From contig CAVUKA010000001.1 in NCBI GenBank assembly GCA_963741945.1, positions 160,001 through 224,000 of the forward strand: a stretch of DNA of 64,000 nucleotides. Reading direction: 5' to 3'. This document shows positions 26,669 through 36,657 of this stretch, piece after piece. How positions within the stretch are numbered: the stretch's first letter is position 1; every line of letters starts with the position of its first letter. The stretch comes from an uncultured Gemmatimonadales bacterium. GTDB taxonomy: Bacteria; Gemmatimonadota; Gemmatimonadetes; Longimicrobiales; RSA9. The position numbers and the translations under genes were made by a program. Under the pieces are notes generated by a model, which saw only the letters and a program-made list of their open reading frames with translations, was not told the DNA's origin and did not search any database.

Positions 26669-29600
26669 ATGACCAGGAGTCACTGGCGTACGGCTCTGTT
26701 CGCCATGCTCGCGTTCCCGGCGGCGCTGTTTGCGCAGGACCGGGGCTCGATCGCGGGTGTGGTGACGGCCGAGGACACGAATGAGCCCCTGCAGGGGGTT
26801 CAGATCCAGCTGAAGGGAACGGGTCAGGGAACACTGACCAACCAGACGGGTGGGTTCCTGTTGACGAACGTCCCCGTGGGCGAGCAGACGCTGCAGTTCA
26901 CGTCCATCGGGTATGCGACGGTGTCGCGGACGGTGACGGTGGAGTCCGGCGCCACGTCGACGGTGCGTGTGTCGATGGCGACGGACGTGCTGGGCCTGGA
27001 CGAGATCGTGGTGGTCGGGTACGGGAAGGAGAAGCGGCGGAACGTGACGGGGGCGATCTCGAGCGTGTCGCCATCGGAGATCTCCGAGCAGATCCCGGCG
27101 CCGAACGTGGAGAACGTGCTGCAGGGCCGTGTGGCGGGGGTGCAGGTGGTGCAGAACTCGGGCAGCCCGGGTTCGGCCATGACGATCCGGGTGCGCGGCA
27201 CGGCATCGATCACGGCGGGCAACCAGCCGCTGTACGTGGTGGACGGCGTGCCGATGATCCAGGGCAACTTCTCGACGCTGGACAACCTGTACGGCGGTCA
27301 GGGGATCGATGCGCTGGCGGATCTGAACCCGAACGAGATCGAATCGGTGGAGGTCCTGAAGGATGCGTCGGCGGCGGCGATCTACGGGTCGCGCGCGTCG
27401 AACGGTGTGGTGCTGATCACCACGAAGAAGGGCGTGGTGGCGGACCGTCCGAAAGTGCAGTACAGCGCGTACTACGGGCAGCAGGAGGCCTGGCGGATCC
27501 CGGGCTTCACGAACGCCGTGCAGTACATGGACGTGACGAACGAGGGGTACGCCGCGTACGTGCAGCAGGCGTACGGCATGACGATCCCGGACTTCTTCGA
27601 CTGGGGTTATGGCGTTCCCGGGATCGACGCCTACATGAGCTACGACAACGACAACGTCAACAGCTGGTACGAGATCCCGGCGGGGACGGATACCGACTGG
27701 CTGCGTGCCATGCTGCAGACGGCGCCGGTATCGAACATGTCCGGCTCCATCGCGGGTGGTAACGAGAAGGCGCGCTACTACATCTCCGGGACCTGGTTCA
27801 ACCAGGACGGGATCGTCCAGGGGTTCGGGTACAACCGGGTGAACGGCCGGATCAACCTGGACTACAGCGTGACGGACGCGGTCACGCTGGGGACCAACGT
27901 GGCGCTGACGCACGCGGTGACGGACCGGATGGCGAGCGACAACACCATTTACGGCCCGTTCTCCAACGCCATCGCCAACGCGCCCATCGATCCGATCTAC
28001 GCGAATCCGGAGAAGACGGAGTTCAACTACAACACGTCGTACGCGAACCCGGTGGCGCTTGCGAACAAGAACTCCGCGGAAGAGCGCAACGTCCGAATCC
28101 TGGGCAACGCGTTCGCCGACTGGAACTTCATGCAGGGGCTGGACGCGAAGGTGAGCGTGGGGCTGGACCATTACGCGCTGCGCTCGCGCTCCTACGACTC
28201 GCCGGAGGTGGGTCCTGCCACGGGCTCGAACGGCCAGGCGTACGCGGGCAACTCCTTCGCCAGCAAGCTGGTGACGGAAGCCACGGTGAACTGGATCCGT
28301 GACCTGGCGGAGAACCACAGCTTCTCCGGCGTCGTCGGGACATCGTACGAGCAGAACACCACGGAGACGGACTGGGTGACGGGGACGAACTTCCCGTCCA
28401 GCGCGTTCCGCTATCTCACGTCGGCGGCGAGCATCACGGGCGGCAGCTCGAGCCTCACCGACTGGTACCTGCTCTCCTTCTTCGGCCGCGCGTCGTACAC
28501 GTTCGCGGACCGGCTGACGGCCACGTTCAACATCCGGACGGACGGCTCCTCGCGCTTCGGCGCGAACAACCGCTATGGCGTGTTCCCTTCGGGCTCGCTG
28601 CTGTGGCGCGTGACGGACGAGCCGTTCATGGGGGACCAGACGCTGCTGAGCAACCTGGCGCTGCGCGTGAGCTACGGGCGCACGGGGAACCAGCAGGGGA
28701 TCGGCAACTTCGCGTCTTGGGGGCTGGTGGGCACCGGCTACAACTACGAGGACACGCCGGGGACGGCGCCGGCGCAGCTGGCGAACCCGGACCTGAGCTG
28801 GGAGAAGACCACACAGTTCAACGTGGGCGGCGATGTCGCCTTCCTGAACGGGCGGCTGGGCTTCAGCGCCGATTACTACATCAAGAACACGACGGACCTG
28901 CTGCTGGACCGGCCGATCCCGTATTCCACGGGCTTCGCGCTGATCACGCAGAACATCGGTGCGGTGAACAACAAGGGCGTGGAGCTGACGGCCACGGCCA
29001 AGCTGGCGCAGGGACCCGCGCGCGGCTTCAACTGGACGGCCGAGATGAACGTGAGCGCCAACCGCAACGAGGTGACGGCGCTGTACGGAGACAACCCGCT
29101 CAACTACGGCTTCGTCAGCCGCGTCGAGGTGGGGCAGCCGCTGGGCGTGTTCTACGGCTACGTCACCGACGGTCTGTTCCAGGCCGATGCCGAGGCGTGC
29201 CACGACCCCACGGGCGCGACGTGCGCCGGGACGGGGACGGGGTACCAGAGCTACTACACCACCGCCGGCGACATCCGCTTCAAGGACCTGAACGGTGATG
29301 GTTTGATCACGTCCGAGGACCGGGCCGTGATCGGCTCGCCGTGGCCCGACTTCCAGGGCGGCTTCACCAACACAATGTCGTTCGGGGGCTTCGACCTGAA
29401 CGCCTTCTTCCAGTTCTCGAAGGGGAACGACATCTACAACGCCACCCGGATCTACACCGACCAGTTCGGTGGGTACTGGGACAACAACTCGGATCGCGCG
29501 CTGGACCGGTGGACGCCGGAGCACACGGACACGAATCAGCCCCGGGCGATCTGGTACGACCTGCCCAACAACGCGCGGGACTCCGACCGGTTCGTGGAGG

Positions 29601-29848
29601 ACGGCTCGTACGTCCGGCTGAAGAACCTGGTACTCGGCTACACGCTGCCGAATGAGGTGGCGGGGAAGCTGGGCTTCAGCCAGTTCCGCCTCTACGTCCA
29701 GGGGCAGAACCTGATGACGTGGACCAACTACAGCGGCTTCGACCCCGAGGTGAACTACGCGGGCGATGCCAACGTCACGCGGGGCACGGACTTCTACACG
29801 CTGCCACAGGCCCGGACGCTGTCCTTCGGCGTCAATCTCGGGCTGTGA
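26669..29848 (+). CDS. susC: SusC/RagA-family TonB-linked outer membrane transporter
   Basis: N-terminal extension domain, LDEIVVVGYG, PLYVVDG, LKDASAAAIYGSRASNGVVLITTKKG, NPDLSWEKT, GFDPE. Confidence 0.95.
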   Translation: MTRSHWRTALFAMLAFPAALFAQDRGSIAGVVTAEDTNEPLQGVQIQLKGTGQGTLTNQTGGFLLTNVPVGEQTLQFTSIGYATVSRTVTVESGATSTVRVSMATDVLGLDEIVVVGYGKEKRRNVTGAISSVSPSEISEQIPAPNVENVLQGRVAGVQVVQNSGSPGSAMTIRVRGTASITAGNQPLYVVDGVPMIQGNFSTLDNLYGGQGIDALADLNPNEIESVEVLKDASAAAIYGSRASNGVVLITTKKGVVADRPKVQYSAYYGQQEAWRIPGFTNAVQYMDVTNEGYAAYVQQAYGMTIPDFFDWGYGVPGIDAYMSYDNDNVNSWYEIPAGTDTDWLRAMLQTAPVSNMSGSIAGGNEKARYYISGTWFNQDGIVQGFGYNRVNGRINLDYSVTDAVTLGTNVALTHAVTDRMASDNTIYGPFSNAIANAPIDPIYANPEKTEFNYNTSYANPVALANKNSAEERNVRILGNAFADWNFMQGLDAKVSVGLDHYALRSRSYDSPEVGPATGSNGQAYAGNSFASKLVTEATVNWIRDLAENHSFSGVVGTSYEQNTTETDWVTGTNFPSSAFRYLTSAASITGGSSSLTDWYLLSFFGRASYTFADRLTATFNIRTDGSSRFGANNRYGVFPSGSLLWRVTDEPFMGDQTLLSNLALRVSYGRTGNQQGIGNFASWGLVGTGYNYEDTPGTAPAQLANPDLSWEKTTQFNVGGDVAFLNGRLGFSADYYIKNTTDLLLDRPIPYSTGFALITQNIGAVNNKGVELTATAKLAQGPARGFNWTAEMNVSANRNEVTALYGDNPLNYGFVSRVEVGQPLGVFYGYVTDGLFQADAEACHDPTGATCAGTGTGYQSYYTTAGDIRFKDLNGDGLITSEDRAVIGSPWPDFQGGFTNTMSFGGFDLNAFFQFSKGNDIYNATRIYTDQFGGYWDNNSDRALDRWTPEHTDTNQPRAIWYDLPNNARDSDRFVEDGSYVRLKNLVLGYTLPNEVAGKLGFSQFRLYVQGQNLMTWTNYSGFDPEVNYAGDANVTRGTDFYTLPQARTLSFGVNLGL

Positions 29849-29859
29849 GGAGAAGGCAT

Positions 29860-31197
29860 ATGAGACACCGTACAATGGCATGGATCGCCGCCCTCGGCCT
29901 GCTGGCTGGCGCGTGCGATAGCCCGCTGGATGTGACGCCGCGGGCGTCGGTGAAGGAGGAGGAGGCGTACGACGAGCCGGCGGAGCTGAACATCGCCGTG
30001 ATGGGACTGTACGACGGCCTTCAGGACGCGGACGGCGCCTACGGGCGCAACACCGTGGTCTACCCGGACCTGTACGCGGACGCGCTGGACTTCACCGGCA
30101 CGTACCAGACTGACCGGGAGGTCGACCAGCACACGGTCACGGCGGAAAACGTGGCCGTGGAGGAGATCTGGGCCGACTTCTACGACGTGGTGAACCGGGC
30201 CAACAACGTGCTCGCCGCGGCGCCGGCGCTGGCCGATGAAGCCGGGCAGGACGACGTGGACGGCTGGATGGCGCAGGCGCGCTTCGCCCGGGCGCTGGCC
30301 TACTTCAACCTGGTGCGCTTCTTCGGCGGCGTGCCGCTGGTGCTGGATCCCACGTGGGACCTGGGAGGCGACTTCCAGCCCGCGCGGGCCACGGCGGCCC
30401 AGGTCTACGCCCAGATCGAGACGGACCTGACGGGCGCCATCCCGGCGCTGCCGACCTCCGGCTCCAGCTACACCGCCACGACGTGGGCGGCGGAGATGCT
30501 GCTGGCGAAGACGGAGATGGAGCAGGGCGACTACGCGTCGGCGCTGACGCACGTGGGCGATGTCATCGACCGCGGGCCGTTCGGCCTGCCGGCGAACTAC
30601 GCCGACGTGTTCAGCGTGAGGGACAACGACGAGATGGTCTTCGCCCTCCACTACACGGTGAACGACAACAACAACCTGGCGTTCTGGTTCTTCGCCGAAG
30701 GCTATGGCGGCCGCTGGGGCTTCGCCCCGAGCAGCGCGCTGGAGAACGCCTACGAGGGGAACGAGCGCTATGATGCCTCCATCGCCTACGACAACTACTA
30801 CGGCGAGGTCTTCGGCACCAAGTTCCACCGCATCGCCGCAGGTGACGACGACGTGCCGGTCCTCCGGCTCGCCGACGCCTACCTGATGCGCGCGGAGGCG
30901 AACCTGTTCGAGGGCGCCACGGCGGCCACCGTCCTCGATGACATCAACGTGGTGCGCCAGCGTGCCGGCCTGGCCGGCCTGGACGCCGGCACGGTGAACA
31001 CCCAGGCGCAGCTCGTCGGCGCCATCGCACACGAGCGATTCGTCGAGCTGGCCATGGAAGGGCACCGCTTCTTCGACCTGCGACGCCTCGGCCTGGCCGA
31101 GAGCACCCTGGGACTGGACGCGACCCAGCTCCTGTTCCCGGTGCCGCAGCGGGAGATCGATGTGAACCCGAACCTGGTGCAGAACCCGGGCTACTGA
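29860..31197 (+). CDS. susD: SusD/RagB-family lipoprotein
   Basis: Lipobox LAGAC, ARFARALAYFNLVRFFGGVP, ERFVELAMEGHRFFDLRR, QNPGY end. Confidence 0.95.
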   Translation: MRHRTMAWIAALGLLAGACDSPLDVTPRASVKEEEAYDEPAELNIAVMGLYDGLQDADGAYGRNTVVYPDLYADALDFTGTYQTDREVDQHTVTAENVAVEEIWADFYDVVNRANNVLAAAPALADEAGQDDVDGWMAQARFARALAYFNLVRFFGGVPLVLDPTWDLGGDFQPARATAAQVYAQIETDLTGAIPALPTSGSSYTATTWAAEMLLAKTEMEQGDYASALTHVGDVIDRGPFGLPANYADVFSVRDNDEMVFALHYTVNDNNNLAFWFFAEGYGGRWGFAPSSALENAYEGNERYDASIAYDNYYGEVFGTKFHRIAAGDDDVPVLRLADAYLMRAEANLFEGATAATVLDDINVVRQRAGLAGLDAGTVNTQAQLVGAIAHERFVELAMEGHRFFDLRRLGLAESTLGLDATQLLFPVPQREIDVNPNLVQNPGY

Positions 31198-31214
31198 CCG
31201 GACGCCAGTGAAGC

Positions 31215-31253
31215 CCACGGCCCCGCCCCGCCTCGCGTGGAGCGGGGCCGTGG
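31215..31253. terminator. GC-rich hairpin between convergent susD and the peptidase gene
   Basis: CCACGGCCCCGC...GCGGGGCCGTGG inverted repeat. Confidence 0.6.
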
Positions 31254-31266
31254 TGCATCTCGCCCG

Positions 31267-33324
31267 CTAGTGAGGCCCGGCCTGGCTCCCCTGCGGCGTC
31301 TCCGGCGCGTCGCCGGGGATCGGGACGTCGGTCCCGTATACCCACTTCTCGAACCACTGCCAGTTGTGCCAGAGCGCAGCGAGACGCTCCTTCGGGCGCG
31401 GGATGCCGTGGGTGTCCGCCTTGTAGATGATCAGCCGCACCGGCACCCCCTGGTCCTGCAGCCCCTGGTAGAGCTCGAAGGCGTCGGCGACGGGGACGCG
31501 GGGGTCCCCGGAGTCGTGCTGGATGAGCGTGGGCGTCGTCGCCTGCTTGATGTACGTGATGGGCGACGTCTTCCGGTAGATCTCCGGGTCGTCCCACGGC
31601 GTGGCCTTCAGGTACTGGCGCGTGAACGGGTGGATGTCGGTGTTCACGTAGTACGTCAGCCAGTCGGAGATGCCGGCGCCGACGGAGATGGCGGCGAAGC
31701 GCCGGGTGGTGGTGGTGAGGAACGCGGAGATGTAGCCGCCCTCGCTCCAGCCCATGGAGCCCATCCGCGTGGTGTCCACGATGCCCTGCGCCACCAGGTG
31801 GTCCACGCCGGACAGCACGTCCCACGCGTCGCCGACGCCGAGGTTGCGGACGTTCAGCGCCCGGAACACCGCGCCGTATCCGGCCGACCCGCGGTAGTTG
31901 GGCTGGAGGATCAGGGCGCCGCGGGCGAGCCACTGCAGCGCGGGATAGACGGACCCGGTCAGCGGCTCCGGGTAATCGTGGCCCGTGGGCCCGCCGTGGA
32001 TCACCACGAAGAGCGGGTACTTCCGCTGCGGGTCGAAGCCCGCAGGCGTGTGGAGCACGCCCTCGATCGTCGCTCCATCCCGGCTCTTCCACGAGACCAT
32101 CTCCGCCTTGCCGAGGGGCCAGCCGTCGATCTGCGACGTCATCGTCGTCACCGCCGTGGCGGCCAGGCGCGACGCCGGCGAGCGATAGATCTCGGGCAGG
32201 CTCGTCGCCGTCTGGCCGAGCAGCGCCATGGTGGTGCCGTCCGCCGAGACGTCGAAGGAGAGGATCACGGGTGGCCCGCCGGGCACGACGGTCGCGCGTC
32301 CGCTCGATGGGTCGATCCGGACCAGGCGACGGCTGTCGCCACCCTGCCACGCCACGCCGAACAGCCCCGCCCGGGTCCACGAGAGCCGGCCGATGTCCTC
32401 GTCGAAGTCCGCCGCCAGCCGCGTGGGCTCGCCGCCGCCAGGCCCGACGCGGTAGAGTTGCCCGTTCGCGTAGTAGTTCGACGTCGTGTCCCCCGCGTTC
32501 GAGCTGTACAGGATCCATTTCCCGTCCGGCGACCAGAGCTCCAGCTCGTCCCCGCCCGGCGCGGTGACCGCCGGCGACGCTGCTTTGGTGGCGACATTGA
32601 GAAGGTAGATGTCCGCGCTCGCCCAGGAATTGATGAGCGGGTCGCGCCGCTTCCCGAACGCGATGCGGCGGCCGTCGGGTGACCACTCGAAGGACGTGAC
32701 CGTGAAGTCGTCGCCCTCCGTGAGGCGCTGTGCCTCGGGAGGCGAGCCGGGGGATACGTCGACCATCCAGAGGTGCGCCTGCCGGTACTCGTGATCCTCG
32801 ATGCTGAAGTCGCCGAGCTTCTCGGTCCACTCCTTCCGGGCCTTCGACTCCGGGTCCTGCGCCCGGAACGCGATGCGCTTCCCGTCAGGCGACCAGCGGA
32901 ACGCCTGCACGGCCTCTCCGTGTTTCGTCACCGGCAGGGCCTCGCCGCCGTCGGCCCGCATGGCCCAGACCTGCTGCTTACCGTCCCGCCCCGCCAGGAA
33001 CGCGATCCACGCGCCGTCCGGAGACCACGCCGGCGAATCACTGCTCCCCTCCGGCGAGTTCGTGAGTTGGAACGGCGCTCCTCCCTGCCGGGCCAGCCAC
33101 AGCTCCGTGTCGAAGCGGTTGTCTTCCCAGTCGGCGCTCCGCACCGGGTAGACGATGGAGCGGCCGTCGGGCGAGATGACCGGCGAGCCCGCCCCGCGCA
33201 GCGAGAGGGTCTGCTCGAACGATGGGCCGGGGATCGAGTCCTGGGCTCGCAGCGATGTGGCCGCGGCAGCACCGAGGAACGCGACGTACGCAGCGAGAAG
33301 CAGCGCTGGGCGCTGGAAAGTCAT
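31267..33324 (-). CDS. S9-family (prolyl oligopeptidase/acylaminoacyl) peptidase with PD40 propeller
   Basis: Signal peptide, WSPDG repeats, IHGGP, NYRGSAGYG, nucleophile GWSEGG, DPRVP, HGI. Confidence 0.92.
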   Translation of the reverse strand: MTFQRPALLLAAYVAFLGAAAATSLRAQDSIPGPSFEQTLSLRGAGSPVISPDGRSIVYPVRSADWEDNRFDTELWLARQGGAPFQLTNSPEGSSDSPAWSPDGAWIAFLAGRDGKQQVWAMRADGGEALPVTKHGEAVQAFRWSPDGKRIAFRAQDPESKARKEWTEKLGDFSIEDHEYRQAHLWMVDVSPGSPPEAQRLTEGDDFTVTSFEWSPDGRRIAFGKRRDPLINSWASADIYLLNVATKAASPAVTAPGGDELELWSPDGKWILYSSNAGDTTSNYYANGQLYRVGPGGGEPTRLAADFDEDIGRLSWTRAGLFGVAWQGGDSRRLVRIDPSSGRATVVPGGPPVILSFDVSADGTTMALLGQTATSLPEIYRSPASRLAATAVTTMTSQIDGWPLGKAEMVSWKSRDGATIEGVLHTPAGFDPQRKYPLFVVIHGGPTGHDYPEPLTGSVYPALQWLARGALILQPNYRGSAGYGAVFRALNVRNLGVGDAWDVLSGVDHLVAQGIVDTTRMGSMGWSEGGYISAFLTTTTRRFAAISVGAGISDWLTYYVNTDIHPFTRQYLKATPWDDPEIYRKTSPITYIKQATTPTLIQHDSGDPRVPVADAFELYQGLQDQGVPVRLIIYKADTHGIPRPKERLAALWHNWQWFEKWVYGTDVPIPGDAPETPQGSQAGPH

Positions 33325-33569
33325 GGTCGGCGTCCGGGAGCGAGGATCGGGATCGGGCCAAGATGCGCACTCCGATCCCGAAACGGAACCCCGCGCGTGC
33401 GTGGACCGCACCGTTCTGAAGCGGTTGCAGCGATCGGCTCCACCTCTCTAGGTTCCGAGACACCTTCGACAGGACCTGTTCGGCCGCTCCGTTGTGCCCG
33501 CACATCGGCGAACCGCGGGGCGGCCCACGGGCCGACGACGACGCGGGCGATGGTGCCGATGAGGACCAC

Positions 33570-34124
33570 ATGATGGCGGCCGCTCTGACCGCACTGCCGG
33601 AATGGCTCGCGCGCTGGGCCGAGCTGTACAGGAGCAGCGTGGCCGTACAGGCCATCGCGCTGTACGGCCACCTGACCGCGGTCGTGCTGGCCGCGGCCTT
33701 CGCGTTGGGTGCGGACCAGAAGATCGTGCGGGCCCGACGGGGCCCTCAGATCCGGCGCGTCCGCGCCCTCCGTGACTGGCGCCGGGCTCACCGGTTCGTC
33801 CTGGCGGGCCTCGCCCTTGGCGTGCTCGCGGGCCTCGGCCTGCTCCTTTCCAACGTCCCGAGATTCCTCCCGTCCTGGATCTTCTGGCTGAAGATGACTC
33901 TTCTCGCCGTGCTGGTCGCCAACGGACGGGTGCTGAAACGGGACGTCGTCTCGCTATGGGCGACCGCGGCCCCCGATCACCGGGGCGAGGCCCCGCCCCC
34001 GGACATCGTCGATGCCGCACCGATTCTGGATGACGCCTGGGACCGGCTCGCCCACGCCGCTCTCCGCAGCGCCTGGCTCTGGGCCGCCACGCTGCTGGCC
34101 GGCGTGCTTCTCACCACTGCGTGA
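33570..34124 (+). CDS. Hypothetical four-TM membrane protein
   Basis: Hydrophobic helices; FWLKMTLLAVLVANG motif; GAGGA RBS. Confidence 0.65.
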   Translation: MMAAALTALPEWLARWAELYRSSVAVQAIALYGHLTAVVLAAAFALGADQKIVRARRGPQIRRVRALRDWRRAHRFVLAGLALGVLAGLGLLLSNVPRFLPSWIFWLKMTLLAVLVANGRVLKRDVVSLWATAAPDHRGEAPPPDIVDAAPILDDAWDRLAHAALRSAWLWAATLLAGVLLTTA

Positions 34125-34236
34125 CTGCACACCCCATCACGCCCACCGCCGCCACCCTGCCCCGACCTGACCCGCGAGAGGTCCGCGGCCGCCCGGCGTT
34201 TCGAGGCCGCCCTCACCCGCGGGTCGAGGCGGTCCG

Positions 34237-34380
34237 TCACTCCCCGGGGAAATGCGTCGCCAGGCAGTCGGGGCAGATGCCGTGGCTGAAGTCGATATCG
34301 GAGTGCTGCCGGATGTAGACGTCGATCTGCTGCCAGGCCCCGTCGTCGTTGCGGATCTTCCTGCAATAGCTGCAGATCGG
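34237..34380 (-). pseudogene. Orphan C-terminal Cys-rich domain of response regulator/PAS proteins
   Basis: PICSYCRKIRNDDGAWQQIDVYIRQHSDIDFSHGICPDC with no upstream receiver domain or clear start. Confidence 0.65.
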
Positions 34381-34402
34381 GGTCTTGCGCCTGGTGTATC
34401 TT

Positions 34403-35110
34403 TCATCCGGGCGGCGATTTCCGGGTTTCCCGGACAGCACCGGGTCCTGCCTCTTTCGGAGCCGCAGCATCGCTCCGCTCCGGGCTCGCCTCCTGCAGCC
34501 CCTCGCGCACGCCCTCGGCGTCGTGGTTGGTGCCGTACACGGGCGTGCCGGGCTGCTGGCGCCAGGACTCGTCGAGTGGGCCGGCGTCGATGGCGTCGAA
34601 GCCCAGCTCCTCGACGAGGCTCATGACGACCGCCTTCGCGCGCGCGTCGTCGCCGGCCACGGGGAGGGCGATGCGGTCGGCGGCGTCCTTCGGCCGGCCG
34701 CGGGTCATGAGGTCCTGCGCGTGGATGTTGTTGAACGCCTTCACCACGGGTCGACCGAGCTGCTCCGACACCCAGCGGCTCTCGGGGGTGCCCTCTTCGA
34801 TGGGGGCGATCCGGCCGTCGCGCTGCGGGTAGTAGTTGCACGTGTCCACGACCACGACGTCGTCGGGGACGCCGTCGAAGAGGTCGTCGGGCAGCTCGGG
34901 GACGGCGCCCTCCGGGATCGTGACGACGACGACGTCGCCAGAGCGAGCGGCCTCGCGGGCGGTCACGGGCGTTGCGCCGGTCTCGTCGGCGAGCTCCTGG
35001 AGGGTCCCGGGGCCGCGGGAGTTCGCGACGGAGACCTCGTACCCGAGGTCGCGGAAGCGCCGGGTGAGCGTTCCGCCGATGTGGCCAGCGCCGATGATGC
35101 CGAACTTCAT
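34403..35110 (-). CDS. NADPH-dependent F420-reductase-like oxidoreductase
   Basis: MKFGIIGAGHIGG, ANSRGP, DTCNYYPQRDG, VVKAFNNI, SWRQQPGTPVY. Confidence 0.88.
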   Translation of the reverse strand: MKFGIIGAGHIGGTLTRRFRDLGYEVSVANSRGPGTLQELADETGATPVTAREAARSGDVVVVTIPEGAVPELPDDLFDGVPDDVVVVDTCNYYPQRDGRIAPIEEGTPESRWVSEQLGRPVVKAFNNIHAQDLMTRGRPKDAADRIALPVAGDDARAKAVVMSLVEELGFDAIDAGPLDESWRQQPGTPVYGTNHDAEGVREGLQEASPERSDAAAPKEAGPGAVRETRKSPPG

Positions 35111-35472
35111 GGGTCCTCTCAGTCCTGGAGTGAGGGTCGGCCAGTCGACCGGGGTCGATCAGGCCATCGAGCTCGCGTAAGCACTGTCCGTGCCTACTTC
35201 GTGCCGGCCGAGGCTGGGCCCCGCTTCCACGAGGCCACTCTCTTCTCCGCCGACAATGCCCGCACCCTCACCGCGTGTCCCGCTCCCCCCGCACGGTCCG
35301 CCCGCCGCCCCGCGGAGGTCGGGCACGGTGCGATTCTCGCAGTGCAGGCCGCGCCGCCGGAGGGGCGAGCCGAGCGGCCGCCCGGGGAGGGCGTAGACCG
35401 TCCCGCTCCGGCTGGCCGGGGGAGCCCGGCCGGGCTCGATTCTCGCCTGCCGCCGAGACCGGATGACCGACC

Positions 35473-36423
35473 ATGACCCACATCCCTTTCCTGTTCGACA
35501 CGGGGCCGATCATCGCCCTGCAGCGCTTGTTCGGCCTCGGCTGGCCGGAGCCCTGGGTCGCCGTCTCGCTGCTGGGGATCAACTGGGGGATCATACTGGC
35601 CGTGGGCATTGCGCTCTGGATGTGGGGCCGCCGGGTGGCGTACGGGCTGCTGGCGGTGGTGGTGGTCGAGGGCGGGCTGAAGATGGCGCTCAATCAGGTC
35701 GTGAGCATGCCACGCCCGGATGCCCCGGGTCTGGTGAAGTACGAGCATGTCAGTGTCTCGTCGTTCCCAAGCGGCCACGTTTCCACGGCGACGGCGCTGT
35801 GGAGCTGGCTTGCCATCCGGGGCCGGGTCTCGTGGGCGATCCCCGCGGTCGTCGCCGTCCTGGTCGGCACCAGCCGGCTGTATCTCGGCGTCCACTACGT
35901 GGGCGATGTGGTGGGCGCCGTCCTGCTCGCGGCCGTGGCCGTGGTCCTGGTGCAGTCGATCTGGCCACCGGTTCGTGCCTGGCTGGCCGCGCGTCCGTTC
36001 GCCCTGTTCGCGGGCGCGGCCATGCTCGCCCTCGCCTTCGTGGTGGCCGGCCCGTTCCTCTACTTCGGCGAGGACCCCTACCGCTGGCGCGCCGGGGGGC
36101 TCATCGCCGGCTTCGCCATGGCCCTCCCGGTGGAATACCGCTTCGTGAAGTACGAGCCAGGGGAGCAGTCATGGGGTCGCACGGTCGCCATGCTGCTCAT
36201 CGGTGGGACGGTCATTGCCATCCTCGCCGCGGGCGACCAGCTGACGGACTCGAACGTGCTCAGCCTGGTTCTGGCCACGCTGGCCGGGCTGTGGGCCCTG
36301 CTGGTCGCGCCGGCCATGTTCGTCCTTCTCGGCTGGTGCCGACGGCCGGACCGGTCCGCGAACGGGGCAGGCTCGAGGGGCGACGCGTCCCGGGCGCCGC
36401 CGCCCGAAGATCCTTTGTCGTGA
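35473..36423 (+). CDS. PAP2-family membrane phosphatase
   Basis: K-x7-PRP, SFPSGH, SRLYLGVHY..D. Confidence 0.9.
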   Translation: MTHIPFLFDTGPIIALQRLFGLGWPEPWVAVSLLGINWGIILAVGIALWMWGRRVAYGLLAVVVVEGGLKMALNQVVSMPRPDAPGLVKYEHVSVSSFPSGHVSTATALWSWLAIRGRVSWAIPAVVAVLVGTSRLYLGVHYVGDVVGAVLLAAVAVVLVQSIWPPVRAWLAARPFALFAGAAMLALAFVVAGPFLYFGEDPYRWRAGGLIAGFAMALPVEYRFVKYEPGEQSWGRTVAMLLIGGTVIAILAAGDQLTDSNVLSLVLATLAGLWALLVAPAMFVLLGWCRRPDRSANGAGSRGDASRAPPPEDPLS

Positions 36424-36657
36424 GGTTCCGGGCGCCGGAGCGGGATCCGGCCGGGAGTCGGTGGACCGGGGGAAGTCTCATCGGTTCGAGTCCGCTCCGA
36501 TCCCCCGTTGATGAATCTCTCGCGTCAGCTGGTTGACCTGCTCCGTGCGACGGGGCGGCTCGCTGAGACCCGGGGCGGTCGACTCGGCCACTCGGGGGCA
36601 CCGCGGGCCGCCTCCACCGCTCCAAACCGGCCCCAGGACCACGGGACCGCTCGGGCC

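Noticed and set aside
26225-29881. 1218-aa minus-strand ORF, and similar long ORFs such as 12896..15067, 15467..17941 and 54529..57372
   Set aside because: Antisense shadows of real genes, expected at this GC content.
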